Source of the DNA: Geminicoccaceae bacterium | GTDB taxonomy: Bacteria; Pseudomonadota; Alphaproteobacteria; Geminicoccales; Geminicoccaceae | Assembly (NCBI GenBank): GCA_020445645.1 | Contig: JAGRGG010000020.1 | Location: 19,776-83,775, forward strand | Direction of reading: 5' to 3' | Length of the DNA: 64,000 bases | Shown: positions 18,514 to 28,096 of the stretch, piece after piece | How the letters are laid out: each line of letters opens with the position of its first letter | Position numbering within the stretch: the first letter of the stretch is position 1 | Position numbers and translations under genes: made by a program | Notes under the pieces: model-generated | Told to the model about the DNA's origin: nothing | What the model saw: the letters and a program-made list of their open reading frames with translations, nothing else | The model's database searches: none

Positions 18514-19503
18514 TCACCCCGATCGGACGGGGCCGGCGCCCGTCAGCCAGCGGGCCGCGCCGTCCTTGCCGACGACGAACGCGGCGGTCCCGGGCCAGGC
18601 CCGGACGGCCGCCGGCAGCGCTTCCTGCGGCAGCACCGCGAACGCCGTCGAGAGGGCGTCGGCGCGCGCGGCGCTCGCGGCGGCGACGCTGACCTGCCGG
18701 GCGTTTCCGGCCGGACGGCCCGTGTGCGGGTCGAGCAGGTGGTGGAAGCGCCGGGCGGGGTCGAAGAACGTGCCGAGCGGGCTGGAGGTGGCGAGGGCCG
18801 ACCCCCGCAGCGCCACGGTTTCGAGCCGGCCCCCGGGCGCCGCGACGCCGACCCGCCAGGGACCGCCGTCGGGCCTCGATCCCAGCCCTCGGACCTCGCC
18901 GAGGTCGACGAGCACGTCGGTCGCCCCTTCGGCCCGCAGGCGTTCGGCCACGGCGTCGGTGATGAAGCCCTGCGCGATCCCGTTCAGGGACAGTGCCATG
19001 CCGGGTCGTTCGAGGCGGACCTCGTCCGCGCCGACCGTTACGCCCCGCCAGCCGACGAGCGCCAGCGCCCCGGCCACCGCCGCCGGGTCCGGTCCGGCGG
19101 GGTCGGCGCCCGGGGCGGCGAAATGGTCGGCGTAGAGCCGCCAGAGCGGCTGGACGGTGGCGTCGAAGGCGCCCCCCGTCGCGGCGCTCACCCGGCGGGC
19201 CTCCAGGAGGCAGCGCACGAGGTCGAGGGGCGGGGCAATGAGCGACCCCGTGCGGTTGAGGCGATTGATCGCGCTGTCGGGGCGATAGAGCGAGAACACG
19301 GCCTCCAGCCGCCGGGCCTCGTCGACGCAGCCGGTGATCAGTCGCCGGGCGGCGGCCTCGTCCCGGTGGGCGAGCGCGATCGTGGCCTCGGCGCCGAGGA
19401 CAGCGCCCCGCCAGCGGACGAGCGGCGGCGGGGCCGCCGATCCCGGCAACGGCAACGTGACCGCCAGGGCGGCGGTGATCTGCAACAGGCGACGGCGCCG
19501 CAT
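18514..19503 (-). CDS. apbE: FAD:protein FMN transferase (ApbE family; NirX/NosX-like) with Tat-type signal
   Basis: MRRRRLLQITAALAV signal, ATVQPLWRLY, SLNGIAQGFITD, HHLLDPHTG ApbE blocks. The ATG at 19503 is frame-checked. Confidence 0.85.
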   Translation of the reverse strand: MRRRRLLQITAALAVTLPLPGSAAPPPLVRWRGAVLGAEATIALAHRDEAAARRLITGCVDEARRLEAVFSLYRPDSAINRLNRTGSLIAPPLDLVRCLLEARRVSAATGGAFDATVQPLWRLYADHFAAPGADPAGPDPAAVAGALALVGWRGVTVGADEVRLERPGMALSLNGIAQGFITDAVAERLRAEGATDVLVDLGEVRGLGSRPDGGPWRVGVAAPGGRLETVALRGSALATSSPLGTFFDPARRFHHLLDPHTGRPAGNARQVSVAAASAARADALSTAFAVLPQEALPAAVRAWPGTAAFVVGKDGAARWLTGAGPVRSG

Positions 19504-19569
19504 GACGGGACCTCCCCACGTCCTCTTCGCATCACCGGGCGAGCATGGGCGCCGGTCCCTTCGCGCGCC

Positions 19570-19583
19570 TTGATGGCGGTCAA
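19570..19583. promoter_or_regulatory. FNR/NNR-type box TTGAT-GGCG-GTCAA (extended CCTTGAT..GTCAAGG, 19568-19585) between divergent apbE and nnrS
   Basis: Matches the TTGAT-N4-ATCAA family consensus. It lies 67 bp upstream of the apbE ATG and 77 bp upstream of the nnrS ATG. Confidence 0.6.
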
Positions 19584-19659
19584 GGTCCGGCCCCGCGGAC
19601 CCTCCTAGGCTGGGGGCGTGCCCGGTCAGGAGTGCCCAGTCAGGAGCGGAAGAAAACCG

Positions 19660-20853
19660 ATGGCGGTTCAGGCGCGCGCAAGACCCACCGGCCGCGACCG
19701 GCCGGCGCTGTTCTCGAACGGCTTTCGCCCCTTCTTCCTCGGCGGCGCCGCCTGGGCCGTCGCGGCGCTCGCCCTCTGGCTCGCGGTGCTCTCCGGCGCC
19801 GTTTCCCCCTTCGGGGCCTTCGACCCGCTCGTCTGGCACCAGCACGAGATGCTGTTCGGCGCGATCGGCGCCATCATCACGGGCTTTCTCCTCACGGCGA
19901 TCCCGAACTGGACCGGGGCCTTGCCGGTGCGCGGCCGGCCGCTGCTCGCCCTGTTCCTCGCCTGGGGTGCCGCCCGCCTCGCCAACCTCGCGGGCGGCGC
20001 CTGGGTGGCGCTGGCGGTCGAGACGGCCTTCCTCGCGGCGCTGCCGGTCATGGCGCTGCGCGAGATCGTCAAGGGGAAGAACTGGCGCAACTTGCCGGTC
20101 TGCGCGCTGATCGGGCTGTTCGCGCTGGCGGGGCTGCTCTCGCACCTGGAGGCGGCCGCCGATCTGCCCACGGGCGATCCGGGCCGCCGTCTCGGCCTCG
20201 GCGTCGTGCTCCTGCTCATCGGCCTCGTCGGCGGGCGGGTCGTGCCCAGCTTCACCCGCAACTGGCTCGTCAAGCGGGGCGTGACGGAGAAGCGCCTGCC
20301 AGCCCCCTTCGGCGCCTTCGACAAGCTGGCCCTCCTCGCCCTCGCCCTGGCCCTGCTCGCGTGGGTCCTTCTTCCCGGTCCGATCATGGGTCCGCTCCTG
20401 GTCCTCGCGGGCTTCCTGCACCTCGTCCGGCTCGGCCGCTGGGCCGGGCACCGGACGGGGGGCGAGCCCCTGGTCGCCGTCCTGCACGTCGGCTACGCCT
20501 GGCTCGGCGCCGGGCTCGTGCTGCTGGGTCTCGCCGAGGCGGGGCTCGTCCTCGAGCGCGCGGCGGCGGTGCACGCACTCACCGCGGGCGCCGCCGGCAC
20601 CATGACGCTCGCCGTCATGACCCGCGCCTCGCTCGGCCACACGGGGCGGACGCTCCACGCCGGACCCGCGACCGTCGCCGTCTACGCCCTCGTCTGTTCG
20701 GGCGCTCTTCTGCGTGTCCTCGTGCCGGCCCTGCCGGGCGACGCCGTCCACTGGCTCGGCCTCTCGGCCCTGCTCTGGGGCGGGGCCTACGCCCTGTTCT
20801 GCGCGGTCTACGGGCCGATGCTCGTCGCCAAGAAGGCCGGGCCGGGGGGCTGA
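19660..20853 (+). CDS. nnrS: NnrS family heme-copper membrane protein
   Basis: LFSNGFRPFFLGGAAWA..., HQHEMLFG, ~12 TM helices. Preceded by an NNR box. Confidence 0.85.
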   Translation: MAVQARARPTGRDRPALFSNGFRPFFLGGAAWAVAALALWLAVLSGAVSPFGAFDPLVWHQHEMLFGAIGAIITGFLLTAIPNWTGALPVRGRPLLALFLAWGAARLANLAGGAWVALAVETAFLAALPVMALREIVKGKNWRNLPVCALIGLFALAGLLSHLEAAADLPTGDPGRRLGLGVVLLLIGLVGGRVVPSFTRNWLVKRGVTEKRLPAPFGAFDKLALLALALALLAWVLLPGPIMGPLLVLAGFLHLVRLGRWAGHRTGGEPLVAVLHVGYAWLGAGLVLLGLAEAGLVLERAAAVHALTAGAAGTMTLAVMTRASLGHTGRTLHAGPATVAVYALVCSGALLRVLVPALPGDAVHWLGLSALLWGGAYALFCAVYGPMLVAKKAGPGG

Positions 20854-20872
20854 ACCCCCCGGCCCGGGTCGA

Positions 20873-21256
20873 TCAGCCGCCTTCGCCGCCGGCCTCGTGG
20901 AGGTAGGCGAGGACGTTCGCCACGTCCTCGTCCTTCTTCAGCCCGGCGAACGCCATCTTGTTGCCGGGGACGTAGCCCTTCGGGTCCTTGAGGTAGGCGC
21001 CGATCGTCTCGTCGTCCCAGGTGATGTCGGCGCCCTTCATGGCGTCGGAGTACTTGAACCCTTCGGCCGTCCCCGACTTCCTGCCGATGACGCCGTGGAG
21101 GTAGGGGCCGACCCGGTTCTGCTCCTTGTCGACGACGTGGCAGGCCTTGCACTTGTTGAAGACCTTCTTGCCGGCCGCCGCGTCGCCCTCCTGGGCGGAC
21201 GCGGAACCGCCGAGAGCGATGCCGAGCACCGCCGTCGCGGTCAGGATGTAGCGCAT
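20873..21256 (-). CDS. Class I soluble c-type cytochrome (c2/c550-like)
   Basis: Signal peptide MRYILTATAVLGIALGGSASA, CKACH heme site, distal GNKMAF Met ligand. It lies 72 bp downstream of norD on the same strand. Confidence 0.85.
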   Translation of the reverse strand: MRYILTATAVLGIALGGSASAQEGDAAAGKKVFNKCKACHVVDKEQNRVGPYLHGVIGRKSGTAEGFKYSDAMKGADITWDDETIGAYLKDPKGYVPGNKMAFAGLKKDEDVANVLAYLHEAGGEGG

Positions 21257-21328
21257 GGCTTCAAGCCTCCTTTGGTGGTTGATGCGTCTTGTGCCTTGCG
21301 GGGCCGTCACCCGTCGCCTCGCGGGCGC

Positions 21329-23248
21329 TCATGCGCCCGTCACCTGTCGGTAGATGCGCGGCAGGGCCTCGGGCAGGCGGCCGAGATGGGCGACGATCGA
21401 GGCGCCGCCGCGCCCGAAGATGAACGGCACCCAGGTCTCGGCCTTCTTGTCGACGGTGACGGCGAACACGGCCAGCCCCTTGCCGCGCGCCTCCTGCACC
21501 GCCTTCCGGCTGTCCTCGACGCCGAAGCGGCCCTCGTAGTGGTCGGCGTCGTTGGGCTTGCCGTCGGAGAGGAGGAGGAGCAGCCGGTGGCGCTCGGGGC
21601 GGGCCTCCAGGAGCGCCGCCGCGTGGCGCAGCGCCGCCCCCATCCGGGTGTACTGGCCGGGCCTGAGCGCCGCGATGCGGCGGCGGACGGGCTCGCCGAG
21701 CGGCTCGTCGAAGTCCTTGACGGTGAGCACGCGCACGTCGTCGTGGCGGCGCGAGGTGAAGGTGAGGATCGAGAACGGGTCGCCGCAGCCGTCGAGGCCG
21801 TGGGCGAGCGCGCTCAGCGCCTCCTTCTCGACGTCGAGCACGCGGCGCCCCTCGATCCAGGCGTCGCTCGACAGGGACACGTCGACCAGCAGGACGACGC
21901 AGAAATCGCGCCCCAGGTTGCGGGTGGCGAGGTACACCCGGTCGTCGGCCCAGCCCGTGGCCGCGAGGTCGGTGCGGGCGCGCAGGATCGCGTCCACGTC
22001 GAGCCCGTCGCCGTCGGCTTGGCGGCGCAGCACCTCCCGCTTCGGCCGCAGCGCCTCGAACTGCCGCCGCACCTGCCGGATGCGCCGCAGGGCGTCCGCA
22101 TCGGGCCGCCAGTCCTCGGTCTCCGGCCCCGCCTCGGGGGAGGCGCCGGTGTTGACGACGCAGTAGCCCTGCCGGTAGGCGCCCCTACGCCAGTCCCATT
22201 CCGGGTAGCGGACCCCCTCCCCGCCGGGGCTCTCCCGGACGGCGACGCCCGCCCCCAGGTCCAGGTCCATCTTGACCCGGCTGGACGATTTGCGGTCGGG
22301 GCGGCCGAGGTGGAGCGTGTCCTGGTCCTGCGCCGCCTTGCGCGCCGCGTCCGGGTCCTCCTCGTCGTCGGGGCGGCTGATGTCGACCATCTCGGCGGCG
22401 GCGAGCAGGAGTTCGCCCTTGTTGATGAGGGTGAGCGCGTTGCGGTCGCTCCGGTCCTCCTTCATGCGCTCGGCGTGGCGGTGCAGCCCCTCCTCGTCCT
22501 CGGCCGTCTTCGCGTCCGCCGCCGCCCCGTCGTCGTGGCCCGCCCGCTCGGGCACCGCCGCGAGGTCGGTCTCGCCCCAGAGCGGCGCCGGCAGGAAGGG
22601 GCGGTAGCCGCGGGGTGCAGAGGGCAACGGCTCCCGGTCGAGGACGGACGCCGCGGGGTCGTCCCCGCCGCCGTGCAGCGCCCGCACCACGGCCTCGATC
22701 GACGCCTCCGCCTTCGGCAGGCGGCGCCGGGGTCGCCCTGCCAGGAGGGACGCCGCGAGGCGCGCGTGCAGGGGGGCCAGCCCGGGGAAGCGTTCGAGCA
22801 CGAGCGCCGTCGTGCGGCGGACCGCGCGCAGCGCCAGGATGTCGCGGCGCAGGGGGTCGGCCTCGACCCGCTCGGGCGCCGCCGCGAGGGCGAGGAAGGC
22901 GACGAGCCACGTGTAGAGGTCGCGGTTGCCGGATCGCTCCGGCAGGCAGGCGAGGACGGGCGGCAGGAGGACGAGTTCCCCGGTCCGCACGGCGGGGCTG
23001 AGCCGTTCCTCGGCCAGCCCGAGGCGCTGGAGCACCTTCAGCCGGTGGTTGCGGGCGCGCGCGCTCGACCCGCCGAACGCGAGGCCGGGGTCGCCGCCGA
23101 GGCCGCGGAAGAACACGGCCAAGCGGCGGCGCTCGTCGTCGAGGCGGACGGCGGCGTCGGGGAAGGCCAGGTAGCTCGCCCGGTCGCCGGCGAGCCGGTG
23201 CCAGAGCCGGCCGACGTTCTCCTCGTACTCCAGGAAGGCGAGGCTCAC
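21329..23248 (-). CDS. norD: Nitric oxide reductase activation protein NorD (C-terminal VWA domain)
   Basis: 639 aa. VLLVDVSLSS MIDAS-type VWA motif near the C-terminus. GTG start. Follows norQ. Confidence 0.9.
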   Translation of the reverse strand: MSLAFLEYEENVGRLWHRLAGDRASYLAFPDAAVRLDDERRRLAVFFRGLGGDPGLAFGGSSARARNHRLKVLQRLGLAEERLSPAVRTGELVLLPPVLACLPERSGNRDLYTWLVAFLALAAAPERVEADPLRRDILALRAVRRTTALVLERFPGLAPLHARLAASLLAGRPRRRLPKAEASIEAVVRALHGGGDDPAASVLDREPLPSAPRGYRPFLPAPLWGETDLAAVPERAGHDDGAAADAKTAEDEEGLHRHAERMKEDRSDRNALTLINKGELLLAAAEMVDISRPDDEEDPDAARKAAQDQDTLHLGRPDRKSSSRVKMDLDLGAGVAVRESPGGEGVRYPEWDWRRGAYRQGYCVVNTGASPEAGPETEDWRPDADALRRIRQVRRQFEALRPKREVLRRQADGDGLDVDAILRARTDLAATGWADDRVYLATRNLGRDFCVVLLVDVSLSSDAWIEGRRVLDVEKEALSALAHGLDGCGDPFSILTFTSRRHDDVRVLTVKDFDEPLGEPVRRRIAALRPGQYTRMGAALRHAAALLEARPERHRLLLLLSDGKPNDADHYEGRFGVEDSRKAVQEARGKGLAVFAVTVDKKAETWVPFIFGRGGASIVAHLGRLPEALPRIYRQVTGA

Positions 23249-23255
23249 GGCGGCG

Positions 23256-24074
23256 TCAGCCGAAGCCCGCCTGGACGAGGTCGCGCAGCCCCGCCTTCAC
23301 GTCGGCGTCGTCGGAGAGCGGCTCGATGACGGCGTGCTCGACCGCCGCGCGCGGCGGGATGCCGGCACGGATCAGGGACGCCGCGTAGACGAGGAGCCGG
23401 GTCGAGCACGCCTCCTCGAGGTCGATCCCCCTGAGCGCCCGCACGCGCGTGGCGAGGTTGACGAGCGGCCGCACCCCTTCGGCGGCAAGCCCGCTCTCGG
23501 CCGCGACGATCCGCAGCTCCTGCTCGGGCTTCGGGAAGTCCAGCTCGATCGCGATGAAGCGCTGGCGCGTGCTCGGCTTCAGGGACTTCAGGAGGTTCTG
23601 GTAGCCGGGGTTGTACGAGACGACGAGCATGAAGCCGGGGGGCGCCTCCAGCGCCTCCCCGGTGCGCTCGAGCGGCAAAAAGCGGCGGTCGTCGGTGAGC
23701 GGGTGGAGCACCACCGTCACGTCCTTCCTCGCCTCCACCACCTCGTCGAGGTAGCAGATCCCGCCCTGACGCACCGCCTTGGTGAGCGGCCCGTCCGCCC
23801 AAACCGTCTCGCCGCCTTTGAGGAGGTGGCGCCCGGTGAGGTCGGCCGCCGTCAGGTCGTCGTGGCAGGAGACGGTGGTGAGCGGGCGGCCGAGGCGCGC
23901 CGCCATGTATGCCACGAAGCGGGTCTTGCCGCAGCCGGTCGGCCCCTTCAGGAGCACCGGCAGTCGCAGGGCGTGCGCCGTCTCGAACAGGCGGCACTCC
24001 TCCCCCTGCGGCAGGTAGAACGGCACATCATCCGGCTCGGGCGGCTCGGGCCGCAGGCTGGTCACGGGTCCCAT
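23256..24074 (-). CDS. norQ: CbbQ/NirQ/NorQ-family AAA+ (MoxR) ATPase
   Basis: Walker A LKGPTGCGKT, Walker B GICYLDEVVEA, ~272 aa. Confidence 0.9.
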   Translation of the reverse strand: MGPVTSLRPEPPEPDDVPFYLPQGEECRLFETAHALRLPVLLKGPTGCGKTRFVAYMAARLGRPLTTVSCHDDLTAADLTGRHLLKGGETVWADGPLTKAVRQGGICYLDEVVEARKDVTVVLHPLTDDRRFLPLERTGEALEAPPGFMLVVSYNPGYQNLLKSLKPSTRQRFIAIELDFPKPEQELRIVAAESGLAAEGVRPLVNLATRVRALRGIDLEEACSTRLLVYAASLIRAGIPPRAAVEHAVIEPLSDDADVKAGLRDLVQAGFG

Positions 24075-24078
24075 CGCG

Positions 24079-25449
24079 TCACTCCGCCGGCTGGGGCTGC
24101 GGCTCGGGCTCGGGCTGGACCCCGCGCGCCAGCAGCTGCTCCCGCGCCGGCCCCAGCACCGCGTAGACGAACAGGGCGGCGCCGACGGCGAAGACGACCC
24201 CGGCCCCGAGGCGCATCCAGAAGAACACGGCGATCTGGTCCTGCACGTCCATGTAGCTGTAGCCGCCGACGACGCGCTGCATGTGGGTCTGGACGACGCC
24301 GGCGAAGGTGAGGGTGAAGGTCATGAAGGCCATGCCCGAGGTCATCAGCCAGAAGCTCCACATGTTGAGCACCTGGTTGAAGGGCATGAGCCCGCGCAGG
24401 GACGGCATGGCGTAGGTGATGATGGCGAAGTTGACCATCGCGTAGGCGCCGAAGAAGGCGAGGTGGCCGTGCGCCGCCGTGACCTGGGTGCCGTGGGTGT
24501 AGTAGTTGATCGGGGACAGCGTGTGCATGAAGCCCCAGACGCCGGCGCCGAAGAAGGCCATGAGCGGGCAGCCGATCGACCAGAGGACGGCCGCCTTGTT
24601 CTCGTGCCGCCGTCCGCCCTGATAGAGGAGGTAGAACGCCCAGACCACCATGGCGAAGAAGGGCAGGATCTCGAGCGCGCCGAAGATCGAGCCGATCCAC
24701 CGCCAGTAGCCGGGGGTGCCGATCCAGTAGTAGTGGTGGCCGGTGCCGAGGAGGCCGGAGAACAGGGCGAGCGCCACGATCACGTAGAGCCACTTCTCGA
24801 TCACCTCGCGGTCGACGCCCGTCACCTTGATGAGCAGGTAGGCCAGGATCGCCGCCATGATCAGCTCCCACACCCCCTCGACCCAGATGTGGACGACCCA
24901 CCACCAGTAGATCTTGTCGAGGACGAGGTTGGCAGGTTCATAAAAGGCGAAGAAGAAGAACACGCCCGCCCCCCACAGGCCCAGCAGGAGCACGCTGGCC
25001 ACGGCCGTCTTGCGCCCGTGCAGCACGGTCATCGAGACGTTGTAGAGGAACATGAGAACGGCGACGGCGATGGCGATCTTGACGTAGATCGGCTGCTCCA
25101 GGAACTCGCGGCCCTCGTGGATGCGGAACAGGTAGCCGACGACGGCGACGGCGGCGGCGCCGAAGAACAGCCAGAACTGGAGCTTGGCGATGAGCGGGCT
25201 GTGGATGTCGCGCTCGACCTCCTCGGGGATCAGGTAATAGGTGGCGCCGAAGAACCCCAGGAGCAGCCACACGAGGAGCGCGTTGATGTGGATCATGCGG
25301 GCGATGTTGAAGGGCAGGACGACCGAGAGGAAGTTGGGCAGGACGTAGACCAGCCCGATGATCAGGCCGAAGAGGACCTGGGCGAGGAACAGGACGAGCG
25401 CGCCCACGAAGTAGAGGTAGGCGAGCTTCTGGGTCTGGTAGCGCAGCAT
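24079..25449 (-). CDS. norB: Nitric oxide reductase (cNOR) large subunit NorB
   Basis: 456 aa, 12 TM helices, heme-copper oxidase His ligands (MIHINALLVW, WWVVHIWVEG, GTGHHYYW, TAAHGHLAFFGAY). Confidence 0.95.
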   Translation of the reverse strand: MLRYQTQKLAYLYFVGALVLFLAQVLFGLIIGLVYVLPNFLSVVLPFNIARMIHINALLVWLLLGFFGATYYLIPEEVERDIHSPLIAKLQFWLFFGAAAVAVVGYLFRIHEGREFLEQPIYVKIAIAVAVLMFLYNVSMTVLHGRKTAVASVLLLGLWGAGVFFFFAFYEPANLVLDKIYWWWVVHIWVEGVWELIMAAILAYLLIKVTGVDREVIEKWLYVIVALALFSGLLGTGHHYYWIGTPGYWRWIGSIFGALEILPFFAMVVWAFYLLYQGGRRHENKAAVLWSIGCPLMAFFGAGVWGFMHTLSPINYYTHGTQVTAAHGHLAFFGAYAMVNFAIITYAMPSLRGLMPFNQVLNMWSFWLMTSGMAFMTFTLTFAGVVQTHMQRVVGGYSYMDVQDQIAVFFWMRLGAGVVFAVGAALFVYAVLGPAREQLLARGVQPEPEPQPQPAE

Positions 25450-25470
25450 GACGATGACGTTCCCTTCGTC

Positions 25471-25923
25471 TCAGCCCGCCTCGTTCGGCGGCCAGCTTTG
25501 CGTGTTGATGGTGCTGACCCACTCGAAGAAGCGGGTGAGGTCGTCGAGTTCCTGGTCGGAGAGGTCGAAGTGCGGCATCTGCCGGCGACCCTCGATCTCG
25601 GTCGGCATCGCCTGGATCCAGGCGATCAGCGCCTCGCGGGCGCCCTCGGGATCGTCGTGCCCGCCGTAGCGCACCCAGACGTTGCCCAGCTCTGGCGCGA
25701 AGTAGGCGCCCTCGCCCAGGATCGTGTGGCAGTCGATGCAGGCGTTGCGCTCCCACACCCGCTTGCCCCGCGCCACCGCCTCGCTCGGCTGCACGTTATG
25801 GATCGCGGTCGTGGTGGCGTAGTAGTGGCTGTGCAGCACGAGGGCGCCGAACACCACGAAGAAAAACACCGAGCCGCCGTAGAAGATGTTGCGGGCGGCC
25901 GACCGCGTGAGCTGTTCTGCCAT
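25471..25923 (-). CDS. norC: Nitric oxide reductase small subunit NorC (membrane-anchored cytochrome c)
   Basis: N-terminal anchor FYGGSVFFFVVFGALVL and a CIDCH heme motif. Directly upstream of norB. Confidence 0.95.
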   Translation of the reverse strand: MAEQLTRSAARNIFYGGSVFFFVVFGALVLHSHYYATTTAIHNVQPSEAVARGKRVWERNACIDCHTILGEGAYFAPELGNVWVRYGGHDDPEGAREALIAWIQAMPTEIEGRRQMPHFDLSDQELDDLTRFFEWVSTINTQSWPPNEAG

Positions 25924-26003
25924 CGACTTCCGTTCCCCCTTTGGGCGCTTCCCCTTAGGCCCTGCCGAGGCCGGGACGCTAGACCCGCCGCCGGGGGCGT
26001 TCC

Positions 26004-26017
26004 TTGACCGCGATCAA
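26004..26017. promoter_or_regulatory. FNR/NNR-type box TTGAC-CGCG-ATCAA (extended CCTTGAC..ATCAAGG, 26002-26019) between divergent norC and the DctP-like gene
   Basis: Centred ~87 bp upstream of the norC ATG (25923) and ~71 bp upstream of ATG 26082. Confidence 0.6.
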
Positions 26018-26081
26018 GGCGCGTCGGCCGTGAAGCCCGATGATGGCGCAGGGCTTCATGCAGGGTGACAAGGGAGAGACG

Positions 26082-27086
26082 ATGACGCGGGGCACGCACG
26101 GGTACTTGACGAGACGCGGACTGGTCGGCGCCGGCCTCGCCCTCACCCTCGTCGGCGCGGGCGGGGCGGCGGGGACCGCCCGCGCCCAGGACGGAAGCGA
26201 GACGTTCACGATCGTCGGCGCCGGCCAGCCGGACGTCGAGGCGGCGATGCGGCGCTTCGCGCAGGGTATGGAGGACTACACGCGGGGCCGGACCAGGATC
26301 ACGGTCGACGCGAGCGCCCTGGACGGCGCCTCCGTGCTGGCGCGGGTCCAGAAGGGCGAGGTGTTGATGGGCTGGGTGCCGCTCGCCGAGGTCGCCCACC
26401 TCGTCCCCGAACTGGCGCCCCTCACCGCACCCTACCTCTTCGCCGATCCGGGAAAGGCCATCGAGCTGCTGGCGCCCACGGTGCTCGGGCCGCTCCTGAA
26501 CGCCGAGTTCCGCAAGCAGGGCCTAGAGCCCCTGACCTATCTGGACGGCGGCGGCCTCCGCCTCGCCGGCACGGGCGACCCCGCGCTCGGCGACGCGCAA
26601 GGGCAGCAGGTCACGATCCGGCCGGGCGAGCTTCGCGCCCTGGCCTTCGAGGCCCTCGGCTTCGCGCCCGTCGAGGGCGCCGTGAAGCCCGGCGAGCCGC
26701 CCTCGACGCCGCTCGCCGAGATGGGGGCGGGGGACATCGCGGCGCTGCGCGAAAGGAGTACCGGCCTTCGGATGGCCAAGGCCCCGCACGCCCAGGACAT
26801 CGTGGTGCTCCTCGCCAACCGCGAGGGCTTCAACGGCCTCCTGCTCGACATCCAGGAGACGAGCAAGGTGCGGCTGGAGGAGGTCGCGGCCGCCCAGCGC
26901 GCCGCCGCCGTTCAGGCCGACGCGGAGGCGCTGGCCGGCTTCGCCGACGCCGGGGGCGAGGTCGTCGAGACGCCCGATGCCGCAAGGCAGGACGCGCGGG
27001 CGAAGGTGAAGGCGGCGGTGAGCGAAGCCTTGAAGGACGTCGACAACCCCTCCATCCTGCGCACCGTCCTCGCCTACGCCGGCTAG
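26082..27086 (+). CDS. DctP-family (TRAP-type) periplasmic solute-binding protein homologue with twin-arginine signal; no DctQM partner adjacent
   Basis: Tat signal TRRGLVGAGLALTLVGAGGAAGTARA. DctP-like blocks seen: LARVQKGEVLMGWVPLAEVAHLVPELAPLTAPYLFAD and FRKQGLEPLTYLDGG. AGGGAGAG RBS ahead of ATG 26082. Confidence 0.65.
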   Translation: MTRGTHGYLTRRGLVGAGLALTLVGAGGAAGTARAQDGSETFTIVGAGQPDVEAAMRRFAQGMEDYTRGRTRITVDASALDGASVLARVQKGEVLMGWVPLAEVAHLVPELAPLTAPYLFADPGKAIELLAPTVLGPLLNAEFRKQGLEPLTYLDGGGLRLAGTGDPALGDAQGQQVTIRPGELRALAFEALGFAPVEGAVKPGEPPSTPLAEMGAGDIAALRERSTGLRMAKAPHAQDIVVLLANREGFNGLLLDIQETSKVRLEEVAAAQRAAAVQADAEALAGFADAGGEVVETPDAARQDARAKVKAAVSEALKDVDNPSILRTVLAYAG

Positions 27087-27097
27087 AAAGGAGCCCG

Positions 27098-28084
27098 ATG
27101 CCGCACCCCTTCGCCGACATCCTGCGCGCCATTGCCCGCGGCCCCACGCTCGGCCGCCCGCTCGACGAGGCCGAGGCCGAGCGGGCGATGGGGCTGATCC
27201 TGGACGGCGGGGTCGAGCCGCTGCAACTGGGTGGCTTCCTCCTGGTCCTGCGCTACCGCACCGAGACGGCCGCCGAGCTTGCCGGCTTCGTCCGCGCCGC
27301 GAGGAGGCGCCTTGAAAGCCCGGCAGGGCCCGCCGCCGACCTCGACTGGCCGTCCTACGCCGACCGGCACAAGCAGCAGCCCTACTTCCTCCTCGCCGCC
27401 CTGCTGCTGGCGCAGAACGGCGCACGCGTCCTGATGCACGGCATCGCGGGCGAGGGGCCGGCGACGACGCGCACCGGCCTCGCGGCCCTGGGCGTCGAGC
27501 CCTCCGCCGACGCCGCCGACGCCGCCCGCCGCCTCGACCGGGGCGGCTTCGCCTACCTGCCCCTGGAGGCGCTGCTGCCCCGCCTCGCCGACCTGTTCGA
27601 CCTGCGGCCGCAGCTCGGCCTCCGGACACCCGTCCACACGCTGGCGCGCGCCTTGAACCCGTTCGACGCGCCGGCCCAGATCCAGGGCGTCTTCCACCCG
27701 AACTACCTGGAACTTCACCAAGAAACCCAGATCCGCCTCGGCCAGAAGCGCGCCGTCACCTTCAAGGGCGGCGGCGGCGAGGGGCAGCGCAACCCCGACA
27801 AGCCCTGCCGCGCCCTTTGGGTCGAGGACGGGCGGGGTTCCGAAGAGGTCTGGCCCGCCTTGCCCTGCGCGGGCGACCCCTGGCCCTGGCGGCAGGAGCC
27901 GCTGGAACCGGCCCGGCTCGCCGCCCTGTGGAACGGCGCGTGGACGGCACCCGGCCCGGCCGCCGCCGTCACAGGCACGGTGGCCCTGTGTCTTCGCCTC
28001 CTCGGCCGCGCCGCCGACCCCCAGGCGGCGCACGGTCTGGCGCGGGCGATGTGGGCGGAGCGCCGGCTGGAGCGCGCCGCCTAG
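27098..28084 (+). CDS. Glycosyltransferase family 3 / anthranilate phosphoribosyltransferase-like (TrpD2-type) protein
   Basis: N-terminal helical GT3 domain (ILRAIARGPTLGRPLDEAEAERAMGLILDGGVEPLQLGGFLLVLRYR) and a TrpD-like core (TRTGLAALGV, LRTPVHTLARALNP). AAAGGAG RBS. Confidence 0.65.
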   Translation: MPHPFADILRAIARGPTLGRPLDEAEAERAMGLILDGGVEPLQLGGFLLVLRYRTETAAELAGFVRAARRRLESPAGPAADLDWPSYADRHKQQPYFLLAALLLAQNGARVLMHGIAGEGPATTRTGLAALGVEPSADAADAARRLDRGGFAYLPLEALLPRLADLFDLRPQLGLRTPVHTLARALNPFDAPAQIQGVFHPNYLELHQETQIRLGQKRAVTFKGGGGEGQRNPDKPCRALWVEDGRGSEEVWPALPCAGDPWPWRQEPLEPARLAALWNGAWTAPGPAAAVTGTVALCLRLLGRAADPQAAHGLARAMWAERRLERAA

Positions 28085-28096
28085 GGCCACGCCTGC

